The translations under genes and the position numbers were made by a program. 64,000 nucleotides of DNA, from the NCBI GenBank assembly GCA_964016885.1, contig OZ024741.1:378200001-378264000 (forward strand), read 5' to 3'. Origin of the DNA: Eledone cirrhosa. Taxonomy: Eukaryota. Numbering within the stretch: the first letter of the stretch is position 1; each line of letters begins with the position of its first letter. Under the pieces are notes generated by a model, which saw nothing but the letters and a program-made list of their open reading frames with translations, ran no database searches and was not told where the DNA came from. Positions 1 to 13,096 of this stretch are shown piece by piece.

Positions 1-969
1 TGGGGCCATGGAGTGTTCTCTAGCCTCCTCTGGTGTTTCAAAGAACACATCCACGGTTCCATACTTTTGCCCACGTCTGCTGTGGGTTTTTCTTGCCCAC
101 ACATGTCCCAAAGCTTTTTGGATTTGGGACTCGGATGCCCGTTCCACTCGGCGCGATTTTACATTTATTGTTCTATACGACACGGTGCATAGGCGCCGAT
201 GCTCCATTTTATTAGGTGGGGTGGGGTGGGGGGCTGACCCTGTACCCATCTTTATTTACCATTTGTTTGGCATTTTCTAAATCCTCCTGAGTTACCGTGA
301 ATGCTTCGAACTGTTTTGCTACTATGGCGAAACTGAGGGTCGGTTTTATAATGACATTGTTGTTGTTGTTGTTGCTATCGTTATTTGTGTTAATATTAAT
401 TTTAGTTTCAGTTGTGGTGGTGGTGACGTCAGTCGTCTTTGGTGCGGAAGAGTCCATTTTGCTTGATTTCATTTCGACATCACGAGTTAATTTATTTTTT
501 TCTTCTTTTGTTTCTGTTGTCGCGGTGGTGGTGGGGGTGGGGGTTGTCGCGGTGGTGGTGGGGTGGAGGCTTTAACACCTGCAGTCATTGGTAATGGCGG
601 GAAATGAATGTCTGCCTGAGACAAATTTAAAATATTGCTACTGCTTATATTTTTTTTTTGTGTTGGCAAACGTAGTAACATTTACAATGGTGGTTTCGGT
701 GTAAGGTGTTAATTTGTGAGGAAGGCTTTCAGCTGTTTGGTGCAGAGGTGAATTAGCCATTTTTTTCAAATAAATTTTTTTTGATAATAATAAAAGTTTA
801 AATTTTGGGCACAAGGCCCCAATCTTTTTGGGTGTCCTTTTCGGAAAACAATGAATGGGCGCTTATAAACAGTTAACAATAAAATTTTCCATAAATGACA
901 ATTTTTAACAAACGGAAATAACAAACCTTTGCGGAGCTCACGATGATACGATTTACTACGTAGGTCGCC
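1..969 (-). mobile_element. 5' end (5'UTR plus frameshifted ORF1) of a probable L1/Tx1-clade non-LTR retrotransposon, running off the left edge
   Basis: Minus-strand ATG at 760 opens a Pro/Thr/Asn-rich region. After frameshifts in homopolymer tracts the frame reads ...KMEHRRLCTVSYRTINVKSRRVERASESQIQKALGHVWARKTHSRRGQKYGTVDVFFETPEEAREHSMAP and stays open to base 1 (RRM-like ORF1 character). The 5' end TGGCGACC...GAGCTCCG abuts the microsatellite at 970. Clade assignment is by resemblance only. Confidence 0.5.
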
Positions 970-1020
970 AATAATAATAATAATAATAATAATAAGAAGA
1001 AGAAGAAGAAGGGAAGAAGA
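970..1020. repeat. (AAT)n(AAG)n compound microsatellite
   Basis: Seen directly. Confidence 0.95.
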
Positions 1021-1319
1021 CGCATGAGGTGACGGAGGTCATGAAATCGCTCCCGTAAGTTTTGAATTTTTAACATATGTAAATCATTTGTGAAATAACA
1101 ACTCTTAGTACAAATGCTACGTAAAACACCCGGCTTGAGCCCCAAAAAATTCGGACCCAAAATATATTGTTATAAGGCTCAAATATTCAAATATTCAACT
1201 TTGTATTGTACACTGTATATCCAACAAGGAAAATGGCTATAAATGGACGAAGAAACCCCCCCCCCTCCTCTACTCTGTCTACACTATATAGAACAGCCAA
1301 ACTCACCAACACCAGAAAC

Positions 1320-1610
1320 TAGATACACCACCCACCCCATCACCTGGGTACACTAAACACAACAGCCAGATAACGGCATTTTCACCACCACCGCTCACTA
1401 CGGCCATCATTACCACCATTATCCCATCACCGCCGCCACCACCCCTTCACTCCTTCACTGCTACCACCGCTACAGCACCATCACTACAGTAATACGGTCA
1501 CATCACCGCCACCACTGCCTCGGTATCTACATCACCACCACCACTGTCTCAGTATCGCTACCGCCGCCAGTCTCCCACCTCTGCTAGCTGGCTGCTGCCA
1601 CCACATTATA
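1320..1610. repeat. degenerate (CAC/CAT)n low-complexity tract
   Basis: Repeated caccac/catcac units. Confidence 0.7.
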
Positions 1611-1899
1611 GAATCCCTACTGCTAAAAAAGAGGAAGGCATCAAAATATATAGATAGACTCAAAAGAAAAAAGAAAAAACAAACAACAAAACCAAAGCAG
1701 CACAGCAACAACAGCAAAAAACGAGAAAAACAAACAGAGAAAAACAAAAAACAACCCCCCCCCCCCATAAACGTAAAGAAAATAAGAATGAAGAGAGAAG
1801 CAGGCGGACGGACAGAGAAGAGGGGGGGAAAACTAAAACTTAAAAAACAAAAACTAAGTCAGACATTCGAACACTACATTACAATGAAACTTATGCTTA

Positions 1900-4800
1900 T
1901 TCATTTTTGGGGCCCTTTCTGCCTGTGTGTTTGTTTGTTTATGTGTGTTCGTATACAGCGTGGTGATAATGCCACACAAGGGCCAAGTGGAATGGCGGAT
2001 CCACCGATGGCTATGTAACCATACATTCGCCAATCCTCGATAAGAGTGTTTAAATATCGAACATAAACAGTTCGAATAACGGTGAAATGGAGACTAGAAC
2101 GTCATGTGACAGTCTCTCACCCAACAGGTGCCCCCTGGCTCAGCAGGAAGGAACCTGACTGTCAACCAAATACTGCTGATGTTGGAGGAAGGAGAAGAAG
2201 GAAAGGGGCCAGAACCCACTGGACAAAAGAATTGAATAGAACTGTTATGCAATGTTACCTGAAAAGTAACCCCAAGGAGAGGGGCTACAGGAGACGGATG
2301 CATAACATCTGGAACGAGATTGGTTTATTTAAATTAGATGAACAAAAATTGGCCGGGCAGGCTCGGGTAATAAGAACTAATGGGTGGATAAGCGAGGTGG
2401 AACTGGAGGAACTGAGCAGAGAGAATGGCTTGGAGATGGCGGGTGTAGTATGCCAGACAAGCGAGCCAGTGGGAAATGAAGGTGAAGAGGTCCTGAGAAC
2501 GGAGGAACCACCCGAAGCAGACAATGATCTGAATACTGAGATAAATAATACCTCGAACAGAGATACGGCCACTGAGGAGATGAATGCTGACGGGCTAGGA
2601 CAAGATTCGGTTGACATCCTAAATTTAGTGGTAGATGAATTGAACAATGATAGTGGGAGACCTATGAACCTAAGATTTGTAGACAGGAAAAAGTTAAAAG
2701 AAACAACAGCTAAGGTAAACAAAGTCATCCCATACCTTGAGGCGAGGAGCCTTCACCAGTGCAACAATATCCTCAAAGCAACAGCAAATACGGTGAGGAA
2801 ACTACTTGGTATAAAAGCGAGAGGAAACAACAGACAAGAAAGAGCAGAGCCATGGTGGAAGAAGCGACTGAGTGGGCAAATTGGGGAAATGAGAAATGAC
2901 ATAGGAAAGCTTGAGTCACTCCTGAATGGGACACTAAAAAACATAGGCACTAAAAATAGACTGGAAATAAAATACAAAACTAGGAGGAAAAAGCTAAATA
3001 TTATCATAGAGGAACTGAAGCAACGCATTGTAGCAAAGAGTGCAAACATCAGGCGATACGAGAACAGAGTCAGTCAGAATAAACAGAACCGCATGTTCGA
3101 CAACAACCAGAAGATGCTGTTTGGACAGCTTGAGGGGAAAGAAAGAGGCAACGACTTGAACCCTGGGGCGGAGCAAACTAAAACATTCTGGAGAGGAATA
3201 TGGGAGCAGTATGTTAGACATAATGTCCAGGCAGGGTGGATTGAGACAGTACAGAGGGAGATCGGTGAGCAGGCACAACAACAGACTGATTTGAGTATCA
3301 CAGTTGAAACTCTTAAAGGGCAGGCCAAAAAACTAACCAACTGGAGATCACCAGGCCCAGATGGTGTGCAGGGGTATTGGATTAAACATTTAACATCCCT
3401 CCACCCGAAGCTGACGGCCATGTTCAATGACTGCTTGGTGTCGGGTGAGGTGCCAGAGTGGTTGACAAAAGATACCACAGTTCTGATAATGAAAGACCGA
3501 ATCAAGGGTAATGATGTTACCAACTATAGACCTATCACATGTCTGTCCGTAATGTGGAAACTGTTGACGAGCATTGTGTCTGGGGAAATCTACCATCACC
3601 TCCACACAAACAACTTGTTACCGGACGAACAGAAAGGATGCCGAAAGAAGTCACGTGGTACAAAGGACCAGTTACTTATTGATAAGATGGTAATGGGGAA
3701 TTGCAGGAGGAGACACACTGATCTTGCCATGGGATGGATAGACTACAGAAAGGCATTTGACATGGTGCCTCATTCTTGGATCACCAAAAGCCTGGAGATC
3801 TTCAGGGTGGCAGATAACATCAGACAGTTGCTGGGCAGGAGTATGGGGTCCTGGGAGACAGAGTTGACATCAACTGGAGTATCCTTGGGAAACGTGAAGA
3901 TCAAGAGAGGTATCTTCCAGGGAGATAGCCTGTCCCCTCTGTTGTTTGTCCTTGCCCTGATGCCCTTGACCATCATCCTGCGAAAAGTGAGAGCAGGATA
4001 CAAGTTGGGAAGCGGAGAGCTTAGCATCAATCACCTCCTCTTCATGGACGATCGTAAGCTCTTCGGGAAAAGTGAGAAGGAGTTGGATGTGCTTGTTGAC
4101 ACTGTCCGTATTTTCAGCAGTGATATATGTATGCAGTTTGGTATTGGTAAATGTGGAGTCATTGTGATGAGGAGGGGTAGGTTGAGCAGAAGTAACGGGA
4201 TCCAGATACCAACAGGTGAGATGATAAAGGAAATTGACTCTGAGGAAGGATACAAATATCTGGGCGTACTGGAGGCTGATGGCATAAAGAACAAAAAAAT
4301 GAAGGAATTGTTAAGAACTGAATAAATTCGGAGAGTAAGGAGCGTATTGAAGTCACATCTGAACAGCAGAAATTCCATAAGCGCAGTAAATTCCCGAGCT
4401 GTGTCTATTATTAGGTACAGTGCGGGAATTCTGAGATGGAATGTTGCTGAACAAAAAGAAATGGATAGGAAGACTAGGAAGCTATTGACTATCTACAACA
4501 TGTTCCACAAGAGGAGTGATGTCGATAGATTCTACCTAAGGAGATCTGAGGGTGGAAGAGGTCTTATCAGCATAGAAGACTGTGTTCAGATGGAGAAAAA
4601 CAACCTATACAAATACGTGACCTACAGTAAGGAGCCAATGCTCAGAGCTGTACTGAAGGAGGGGACAGTAGGCCAGGGGATGTCCAAGGAGGAAATAACA
4701 TCAAGGAGAAAGAGCAGCCTTAAGGGAAAATCCCTTCATAGTACCTTCTTTGAGAAAACTGAATTTAGAGATGCACAGACATAGAACTGGTTGAGAAGAG

Positions 4801-5563
4801 GAGACCTCAAAAAGGCTACAGAAGGAATGCTAATGGCTGCGCAGGAGCAGGCCCTCAAAACGAAGTGGTTGAAGCACCATATTTACAAGGAGGAGGCTAG
4901 CCCACAGTGCAGGATCTGTGGAGAGAGAGAGGAGACTGTGGCTCACATTGTGTCCGAGTGTAAACACCTAGCCCAGACCCACTATAAGGGCTGGAGACAC
5001 GATGTGATGGGCAGGGTGATCCACTGGCACCTGTGCAAAGTAAACAATTTACCACATTCTGAGAAATGGTATGAGCATAGGCCAGAGGCGGTGATGGAGA
5101 ACAATCAGGTGAAGGTGCTGTGCGATTTTAGGATACAGACGGACAAAAAACTGGAACACAATAGACCTGACCTGGTGGTTGTGGACAAAGAAAAAAGATC
5201 GTGTCTGATTGTGTATGTGGCCTGCCCGTTCGACACGAGTGTGCAAGAGAAGGAGAGGGAGAAAATTAACCGATACCAGGACCTATAGTGGGAAGTGAAA
5301 AGGATTTGGAACTGCCATGAAGTCAAAGTGATCCCGATTGTCATAGGCGCACTGGGGACTATCTCCAAAAGTTTCCAGGGATGGTTAAAGAAAATCGGCC
5401 CCTTCACGCTTTTTGGAACGGTTCAAAAGGCATGCTTGCTTGGAACAGCTAGAACCCTCCGATACGTCCTGAATATCTGAGGCAGCAGGTAGTGGATTGA
5501 TATTCAATCCAACGGACTTTCCAGTTAACCAACATCCATGACTGAGATTCAAGGAATAACAAC

Positions 5564-5598
<35 letters not shown>

Positions 5599-5617
5599 TA
5601 ATAATAATAATAATAAT
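1900..5617 (+). mobile_element. R4/Dong-clade non-LTR retrotransposon copy 1, near full length, ending in (TAA)n
   Basis: Single ORF with N-terminal Myb-like segment, RT, CCHC zinc knuckle and restriction-like endonuclease (RLE). Short 3'UTR 5481-5554, then (TAA)n 5555-5617. 5' boundary approximate. Confidence 0.92.
2082..5480 (+). pseudogene. Dong/R4 polyprotein (Myb-like, RT, CCHC, RLE) with three in-frame stops
   Basis: ORFs 2082-4325, 4347-4784, 4791-5288 and 5295-5480 are all in one frame. Motifs: RTHWTKELN..YRRRMHNIW, NYRPITCL, EQKGC, WIDYRKAFDMVPHSWI, GIFQGDSLSPLLF, LFMDD, YKYLG, CRICGEREETVAHIVSEC, RPDLVVVD..EKEREKINRYQDL. Confidence 0.93.
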
Positions 5618-8570
5618 GGGGCAACGAGACACCCTCCCTAAGATCCAGAACTCCAAACAGAACCAAAAGATAATACACAAGACTAACATAATTCTCAAAA
5701 ACATGATCATTCACAAACAAACTAAACATTACTGATTTAAATCATCTCTATTATGCATCGGCTAAAGTCACCACTCACTTATGTGGGGTGAATATGAAAA
5801 AACAAAGGAATTCCCACAAGAAATCTACTTGGCAAGAGAACATCAATCGCCAAATAAACCTTCTCCGATCTGACATAGAAATTTTAACAAACTATAAAGT
5901 AGGTGAACATGTTAAACAAACTAAACTTAGAAAATTGAAAAAAAAGTACAGTATAAAATCAACATGTGACATAGACATGCTACTAGAAATAATCAAGCAA
6001 AAAGTGTCGGCCAAAGCTACTCGTATAAGGCGCTTTGAAAAACGATCTAGATTCTATAAGGACAATAATATGTTCAAAAACAACCAAAGAAACTTCTACA
6101 GAAAAATTGGTAAGTCAACAATAACTGCTAAATCAATACCACCTAAGGAGGAAGTGCAAGAATTCTGGGAAAAGATCTGGGCCGAAGAAAAAGTTCATAA
6201 CATACATGCCCCATGGATAGACAGACAAATGAAAGATACAGCTCACATTGAGGAACAAATATGGGAAAATATAACAGTTGAACAGTTGCGCTTGGCTCTA
6301 AGAAAAACCAGCAAATGGAAATCCCCAGGAAAAGACAAAATACAAAACTTTTGGATAAATGCCTTCACAGAGTCTCATGAGCTGTTAGCCCAACTTTACA
6401 ATGAAATAGTTAAGGAGCCAGAAAGCATACCTTCATGGTTAGTTAACGGCATTACATTCCTGCTTCCGAAGAATGATGAGACAAACAATCCACAAAATTA
6501 CAGACCGATAACTTGCTTGACCACAATGTATTAAATGTTAACATCAGTCCTAACTGAATACACATATGACCACCTGATAACGAATGACCTATTTCCCATT
6601 GAGCAGAAAGGTTGTAAACGAGGCTCATATGGCTGTAAGGATCAGCTTTTGGTTAACAAAATGATACTGGAAGATTGTCATAATAAACACAAAAATCTAT
6701 CGATTGCTTGGATAGATTATAAAAAAGCATTCGATAGTTTGCCACACAGTTGGATTGAAAAATGTTTAGAGATTTTCAAAATATCCCCCGTTGTCAGGAG
6801 GTTTTTGTCATTCAGTATGAAGACATGGAAAACGACACTCCTTTTAAATAGTGAAACAAAATCACTGGAAGCAGGAGATGTTAACATTAATTGTGGAATT
6901 TTTCATGGTGACTCTTTATCACCGCTTTTATTCTGCATCGCACTTATACCATTAAGTAAAATGCTCAATGAAACAAAACATGGATATAAAGTCTATGACA
7001 CAACCATTAATCACCTGTTCTACATGGATGACCTGAAACTATTTGCAAAAAATGATGAACAATTGCAAGGGCTATTATCCACTGTGGAGTAGTTCAGTGA
7101 TGACATTAAAATTGAGTTTGGACTAGATAAATGCGCCAAAGCAACGTTCACCAGAGGAAAGCTGCTGAAGAGTTCAGACATTAATCTTGATCGGGGGAAA
7201 GTGATAAGAGAACTTGATCAAGAAAAAACTTACAAATATCTAGGTGTTTGTGAAGGAGACGGAGTAAAGCACTCGGCAATGAGGGAAAGGATAAGTAAGG
7301 AATGTTACCGCAGAGTTAGAGCAATCTTAAGAACGGAATTGAATGCAAGGAATAGGATCGATGCCATAAACACGCTTGCCATACCAGTAGTAACCTACAG
7401 TTACAATCTCATCAACTGGTCAAGCACAGAGATCCGTAGGCTCGATACAAAAATTAGAAAATTCTTAACCATGCACAGAATGCATCACCCTAAGGCGGAT
7501 ATAGATAGAATATATCTCCCTAGGAAAGAAGGAGGACGTGGGTTAATCCAGTTAGGCATTGCGTTGAAAACTGCAACAATTGGATTATCTACATATCTAA
7601 GGGAATCACATGATTGGATGATCAAACTCGTTTTGAAACACGAAAGCATCAAAAGATCATATTCCATTACAAAAGATGCACAAAGATACAGTAATGGACT
7701 ACACATTTCAGAAGTCCCATTTACTGCTGAAATGGAAAACACAGAAAAAGCAAAGCAGGTAAAAGTAACTGCAAAGAAAGAACTGCTACAGAAACTGGCT
7801 AAGAAATGGCAAGAAAAGCCTCTGTATGGAAAATAACCACAGCGAGCTAACAATCCTGATGTTGACAAAACTTTACCCATCAGTGGTTGGCATCCTCTGG
7901 ACTGAAATCGGAGACTGAAGGACTGATTATATCAGCACAAGATCAGTGTCTGCCAACAAAAAAATTACCAAGCCAACATAATAAAAAATGGATGCAGCCC
8001 ATTATGCCGTGTATGCAAAAAACAACCTGAGACCATTGACCATATAATTTCAATGTGCAGTCCTATAGCTCCAACCGAATACCTAAACAGGCATGACAGA
8101 GCTGCACAATACATACATTCGATAATGTGTAAGCATTTTGACCTGCCCATCAAAAGAATTGGTGGGAGCATCAACTACCTCCCATACTTGAAAAAGATCA
8201 CATCTCAATCTTGTGGAACTTTAGCATCCAAACAGACCGAAAAATAGATGCAAATAGACCTGATATAATATTGAGGGACTTTAAAAAGAGGGTATGCCTG
8301 CTAATTGATATGTCTATTCCAATAGACAAGAATGTATCTATAAAAACATTTTAAAAATTGAGCAAGTATTAGGACCTGGAGATAGAAATTGGAAAAATGT
8401 GGAAATTGAGAAGTAAAACAATACCAGTGTTTGTAGGCGCTCTGGGAATGATACCTAAGGGGTCTATTGATTACTTATCGCAAATCCCTGGAAACCCGCG
8501 TATAGGAGAAATACAAAAGATAGTACTAATGGGAACTGCCCATATACTAAGGAAGATTCTGTCAATATAA
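5618..8570 (+). pseudogene. Dong/R4 RT-CCHC-RLE polyprotein with several stops and frameshifts
   Basis: KSPGKDKIQNFW, NYRPITCL, EQKGC, WIDYKKAFDSLPHSWI, GIFHGDSLSPLLF, LFYMDDLK, YKYLG, CRVCKKQPETIDHIISMC, NRPDIILRD..LIDMSIP. Confidence 0.92.
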
Positions 8571-8713
8571 GTACATCACAAGTCTAAACACTAAAGATGC
8601 ATGTGTGAGTATGTATGTTCTTTCTTGAACATGGCGGACCTTGTTGTCTCTTGAGGTCACTGGTTGTGACTTGGTGATAACTCGTATGGACATAAAGCAA
8701 GTTAAATGCAACT

Positions 8714-8768
<55 letters not shown>

Positions 8769-8779
8769 GAAGAAGAAGA
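5618..8779 (+). mobile_element. R4/Dong-clade retrotransposon copy 2 (different family, 5'-truncated), ending in (TAA)n(GAA)n
   Basis: Starts right after the (TAA)n tail of copy 1. Coding region ends at 8570, 3'UTR to 8714, tail 8715-8779. More AT-rich than copy 1. Confidence 0.92.
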
Positions 8780-9009
8780 ATCATATGTATACTAAATCAA
8801 TATCATGTTTATTATGAAGCGATACAAATATTTAAATAAAAGTTTATAATTTAAAAAGACAATGATAAAAGACAAAAGAGATAAAAAGACAAAACAAAAT
8901 GAAAAATGAAAAATTCAGAAAGTATAAAGAAATAAAAAGAAGACATATATAAGCAGAAGACACATATAGGTCGAAGACACATATATGTAGAAGACACACG
9001 CATACACAT

Positions 9010-9200
9010 GCACCCACTATTTGGATTGCCGTTGACTGTGCTGTGCTCATCCACACATGGCCGTGTTATGTATTTCAGCACGGAGGTTGTTCAAATATCG
9101 CTCCCTCCCCAAAGAAAGCTTGGTGGGGTTGCCGGTTTAGTCACCGATGACACAATCACGAGACAGATTGTACTAGGTTACATGTTACCAGTATCACTCA
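9010..9200 (-). repeat. interspersed repeat, probably a LINE (RTE-like) 5' leader fragment
   Basis: tttggattgccgttgac and ttggtggggttgccggtttagtcaccga..ggttacatgttac recur at 61140-61310. The reverse motif gactaaaccggc occurs at about 50736. Confidence 0.5.
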
Positions 9201-10141
9201 AGAGAGATCTGACGTAATAAGAGCGCTATCTGTCTGTACACCTGTCCATCACGCACACTTTATATATAGAGGGCGACCGTTAAGCGACTGATGTGTACTT
9301 AACTAGAAAGAGAGAATAAAAAAACGCCTTAGGTTTTCGAGATGACTGAAACAATTTGATAGGCAGTAAGTTATGAGGTCGCCCTCATCTATATAGATAA
9401 AGGGACAGCGCCAAACTAAAGTGATGTACATAAACATAGAGAGAAGAACGTCATTTGTTTAGAGAAAGTGTGTGCGTGGCTGTTTTTGTGTCTCTTTACG
9501 TGCCTGACAAAAGAGGGAGAAGTTGTCACCTTCATCTCATATATCTGAAACAAAGGTTATTAATAAATAACAGGATCTTAACTCTACTGCAAAATTATGG
9601 AAATGGTTATCATCTATATTTGCATAACAGTAAACATCTGAAAATTCCATCTCAACTTCGAAAATGAGAAAAAAGTATACGTGTGACAAACGCAGAAGAA
9701 TTCAGGAAAATGATATCAAAATTTCATATGTAATCATATATAATCATATCATCTTTAATTGAAACATATGGAATAGAAAATATGGTGATACATTAAATCA
9801 TTTTTTTTTGTGTGAATTAACATGCGTGAAATAATTGAGTTGAATTGGAAATCTGGTTCATATGCAGTGGGTAATTCGTTCCGAAGCATTACATTTAAAT
9901 CCATTGAATTTACAAAGAAAAATACATGGGTTTATTAATAAAGAAACTTAATTTTGCTCTCCACGGGAGTCCATTAACGCACTATAACAGAGTAATATGA
10001 GATTAAATGCATGTAGATATATTAAAAATGGTAAAATTGAGTAAAAAAACCTATATAATATATTAAGAAATTTTAAATCCCAGTTAAAATAGACAGAGTT
10101 GATAGATAAATAGGCATAGGAACACGTACATTGACACGCAT

Positions 10142-10184
<43 letters not shown>

Positions 10185-10267
10185 AATGTTCTATTTAAAT
10201 TGTTGGGATGCAACAAGCAAATATTTTTATAACTGATATAAAGCACTCAACATAAATTGGAGTAAAA

Positions 10268-10708
<441 letters not shown>

Positions 10709-10780
10709 ATATATATATATATATAGATACATACATATATATTTATACATATATAGATATATATATATATACATATATAT

Positions 10781-11548
10781 GGAAGAAATGAAACGACATT
10801 TCATTTCTCACTCTTAGTACGGCTGTTACTTAAATATAAGTATGTATACGTACATAAATATATGTATACAGACGTACAGTAGTAGGTATATATATACATA
10901 CATACATATATATGTACGTATGGATTTACCAAGCATTTATTATAATGCTCGGTTTGTTTGTAAACAAACCTCCCGAATTAAGCCGTACAGTGTCAAGCAA
11001 CCATCGCGGCCCTTTTGTTCAACACTGACAGAGGAACGATGTACTAGTTTCAAGCTTATTAGCTATCGTCGGCACCGTATACCTTCCTGCCAGATGTTTG
11101 AACGTCTGAAAGTATATACTTTCCTTATGCATATTAACGGCTGAGAAGCCTAATTTGCATATCGAGTGTGTTAATCGGCCAGGTGCACCGAAAACGATAA
11201 ATGGAATATATGAAACTAAATTTCATTTCTCACTTTTAGTACGGCTGTTACTTAAATATAAGTATGTATACGTACATAAATATATCTACATCGTTACATC
11301 GTTCATCGTTCATCGTTCATCGTTACATAGTACATCGTTCCTTTATCAGTGTTGAACAAAAGGGCATTGATTGTTGCTAAACACTGTACGGCTTAATTCG
11401 GTATGTTTGTTTACAAACAAACCGAGCATTATAATAAATGGTCGGTAAATCCATACGTACACAGATATATATGTGTGCATGTATGTTTATATATACATAC
11501 CACTGTACGTCTGTATAGATATATTTATATACGTATGCATACTTATAT
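10781..11548 (-). mobile_element. non-coding retrozyme-like element, family C (about 422 nt monomer, partial tandem plus inverted arm)
   Basis: 10781-10865 repeats directly at 11203-11286. 10835-11047 is inverted at 11327-11548. Second copy at 29235-29570. Flanked by (TA)n. Confidence 0.7.
11036..11078 (-). ncRNA. degenerate minimal hammerhead of family C
   Basis: acggtg-CCGACGA-t agct aata agct t-GAAAC ta GTA-catcgt. The 29500-29540 copy has cgttg-CTAACAA...GTA-cagcg. The two copies imply a consensus core CTGACGA. Confidence 0.55.
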
Positions 11549-11571
11549 ATATATATATATATATATATTGT

Positions 11572-12410
11572 TATACTTTGGGAGGATCATGTTGCCAATA
11601 AGAAACACACGCACCAGTTGCTTTCACTTTAATTTATCATAAATTAAATTTATAAATTTAGGAAGTTATAAATTTCCGGTTGGTTGGTTGCTTCCACAAC
11701 CAGACGATTCTTTATATATTGTCAAAGTTCTTTCGTCACACATTCTGTGACCTCTTAAGTGACTGGGGATTATTTTCTTTGTTTTTGTGCCTCTTCTTTG
11801 TTTTGTTCTACGCCATCTTGTTTTTGTGTGTGGTGTGTGCTTAGCTTGCGCATGTGTTACATCCGGGTGTCTGTGTGTGTTTATATTTGTTTATTTATTT
11901 GTTTACTTACATGTTACTGGTTGGTTGTTTGTTCTATGTGCGTGTGTGTTTTCATTTTGTCCTTAATTGTAAGTTGTGATGTTGCTCTTCCATTGATGCT
12001 TTCTATTAAATTTTGGTTGGAGTTCATTTATGTTTATTGCCTCTGTGATGTGTCTAAATATAGCGTCTTTTCTGTGTGTAGATTCTATTTTTATTTCTAT
12101 GTTCTTTAATTTACCCTTATGTTGTATTTTAGCATGTTGGTAGAGTACAGATGATTCTTTACTATCTTGAAACTCTCGAGGTGTTCATTTATTCGTTCTC
12201 CTATACTACGAGCTGTCTCAACTATGTACACTATATTCTTATCTCTACATTGTCCTTCAGCACATCTTATGCTATATACTACATTTCTAGTTTTACAGTT
12301 AATATGGGGGCTTAGTTTACAGATTATACATTTCGTATCTATACAGGGAGGTCTTTGAAAAGGGTATGTATTGCTAATAAGTGTTTTTATGGAGGTCTCA
12401 TGAATCATAA
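11572..12410 (-). mobile_element. 5'-truncated PLE: GIY-YIG fragment plus 3' pseudo-LTR
   Basis: ORF 12106-12408 PCIDTKCIICK..CKTRNVVYSIRC..C..IVYIVETARSIGERINEH (Cys linker plus GIY-YIG with CCHH). Its 3' part matches the 37505-38002 palindrome, including a decayed HHR at about 11720-11762. Confidence 0.8.
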
Positions 12411-12671
12411 CAGCCAGTGATAGCCACTGGAAACATCAATGTTTCATGAGACGTCTTCCTAGATATATCGTAGTATCATACACTTTAACATTTTAGATGA
12501 TTTACAGTGTGCAACGTTTTTTATTACTCACACTTTCGCTAATGAATTTATTATGTTTTCCCATTTTCTCATAAATAGGATATAAGTAAAATTTTCTCTT
12601 GGGTTAATCACTACCTTGATTAAATCTTAACCATTTAACATCTCAGGGTATGTCATGTATCATTATATTTT

Positions 12672-12858
12672 GTGGATTGGCAATATCGGTAGAGGGGCGG
12701 ACGCCATGCTTTGACGAATAGAGTTACGGCCCTTGCCATCCTGAGTTCGAATCCCGCCGAGGTTAACTTTGCCTTTCATTCTTACCGGGTCGATAAAATA
12801 ACGTACCAGTAATGCACTGGGTAATTGCTGGCCTTGTGCCAACAGTAGAAACAATTAT
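12672..12858 (+). mobile_element. tRNA-derived SINE
   Basis: A-box-like tggcaatatcggtag, B-box gttcgaatcc, body gaggttaactttgcctttcat..gtcgataaaata..gtaccag. Three more copies in the window. Confidence 0.85.
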
Positions 12859-12911
12859 ATTTTGTCTGATGAAGACGTACTGTTGTACATCCGAAAGATG
12901 TATAATAACAT
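12859..12911 (+). ncRNA. hammerhead ribozyme related to the 10.5 kb motif
   Basis: attttgt-CTGATGA-agacgtac tgtt gtacatcc-GAAA-gatgtata-ataacat. Confidence 0.6.
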
Positions 12912-12951
12912 GTAATTGATCAAAAGAACATCTATTTTATGAATACTTATA

Positions 12952-13041
<90 letters not shown>

Positions 13042-13047
13042 TACATG

Positions 13048-13096
<49 letters not shown>

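Noticed and set aside
1905-1990. HDV-like ribozyme at the Dong 5' end (ggccctt/aagggcc as P1)
   Set aside because: No P1.1 GG, L3 or J4/2 catalytic C arrangement could be fitted.
2094-8174. Antisense ORFs over the Dong elements
   Set aside because: Shadow frames of the RT ORFs with no motifs.
12672-12760. tRNA gene
   Set aside because: A and B boxes are present but there is no cloverleaf, and the sequence continues into a multicopy SINE body.
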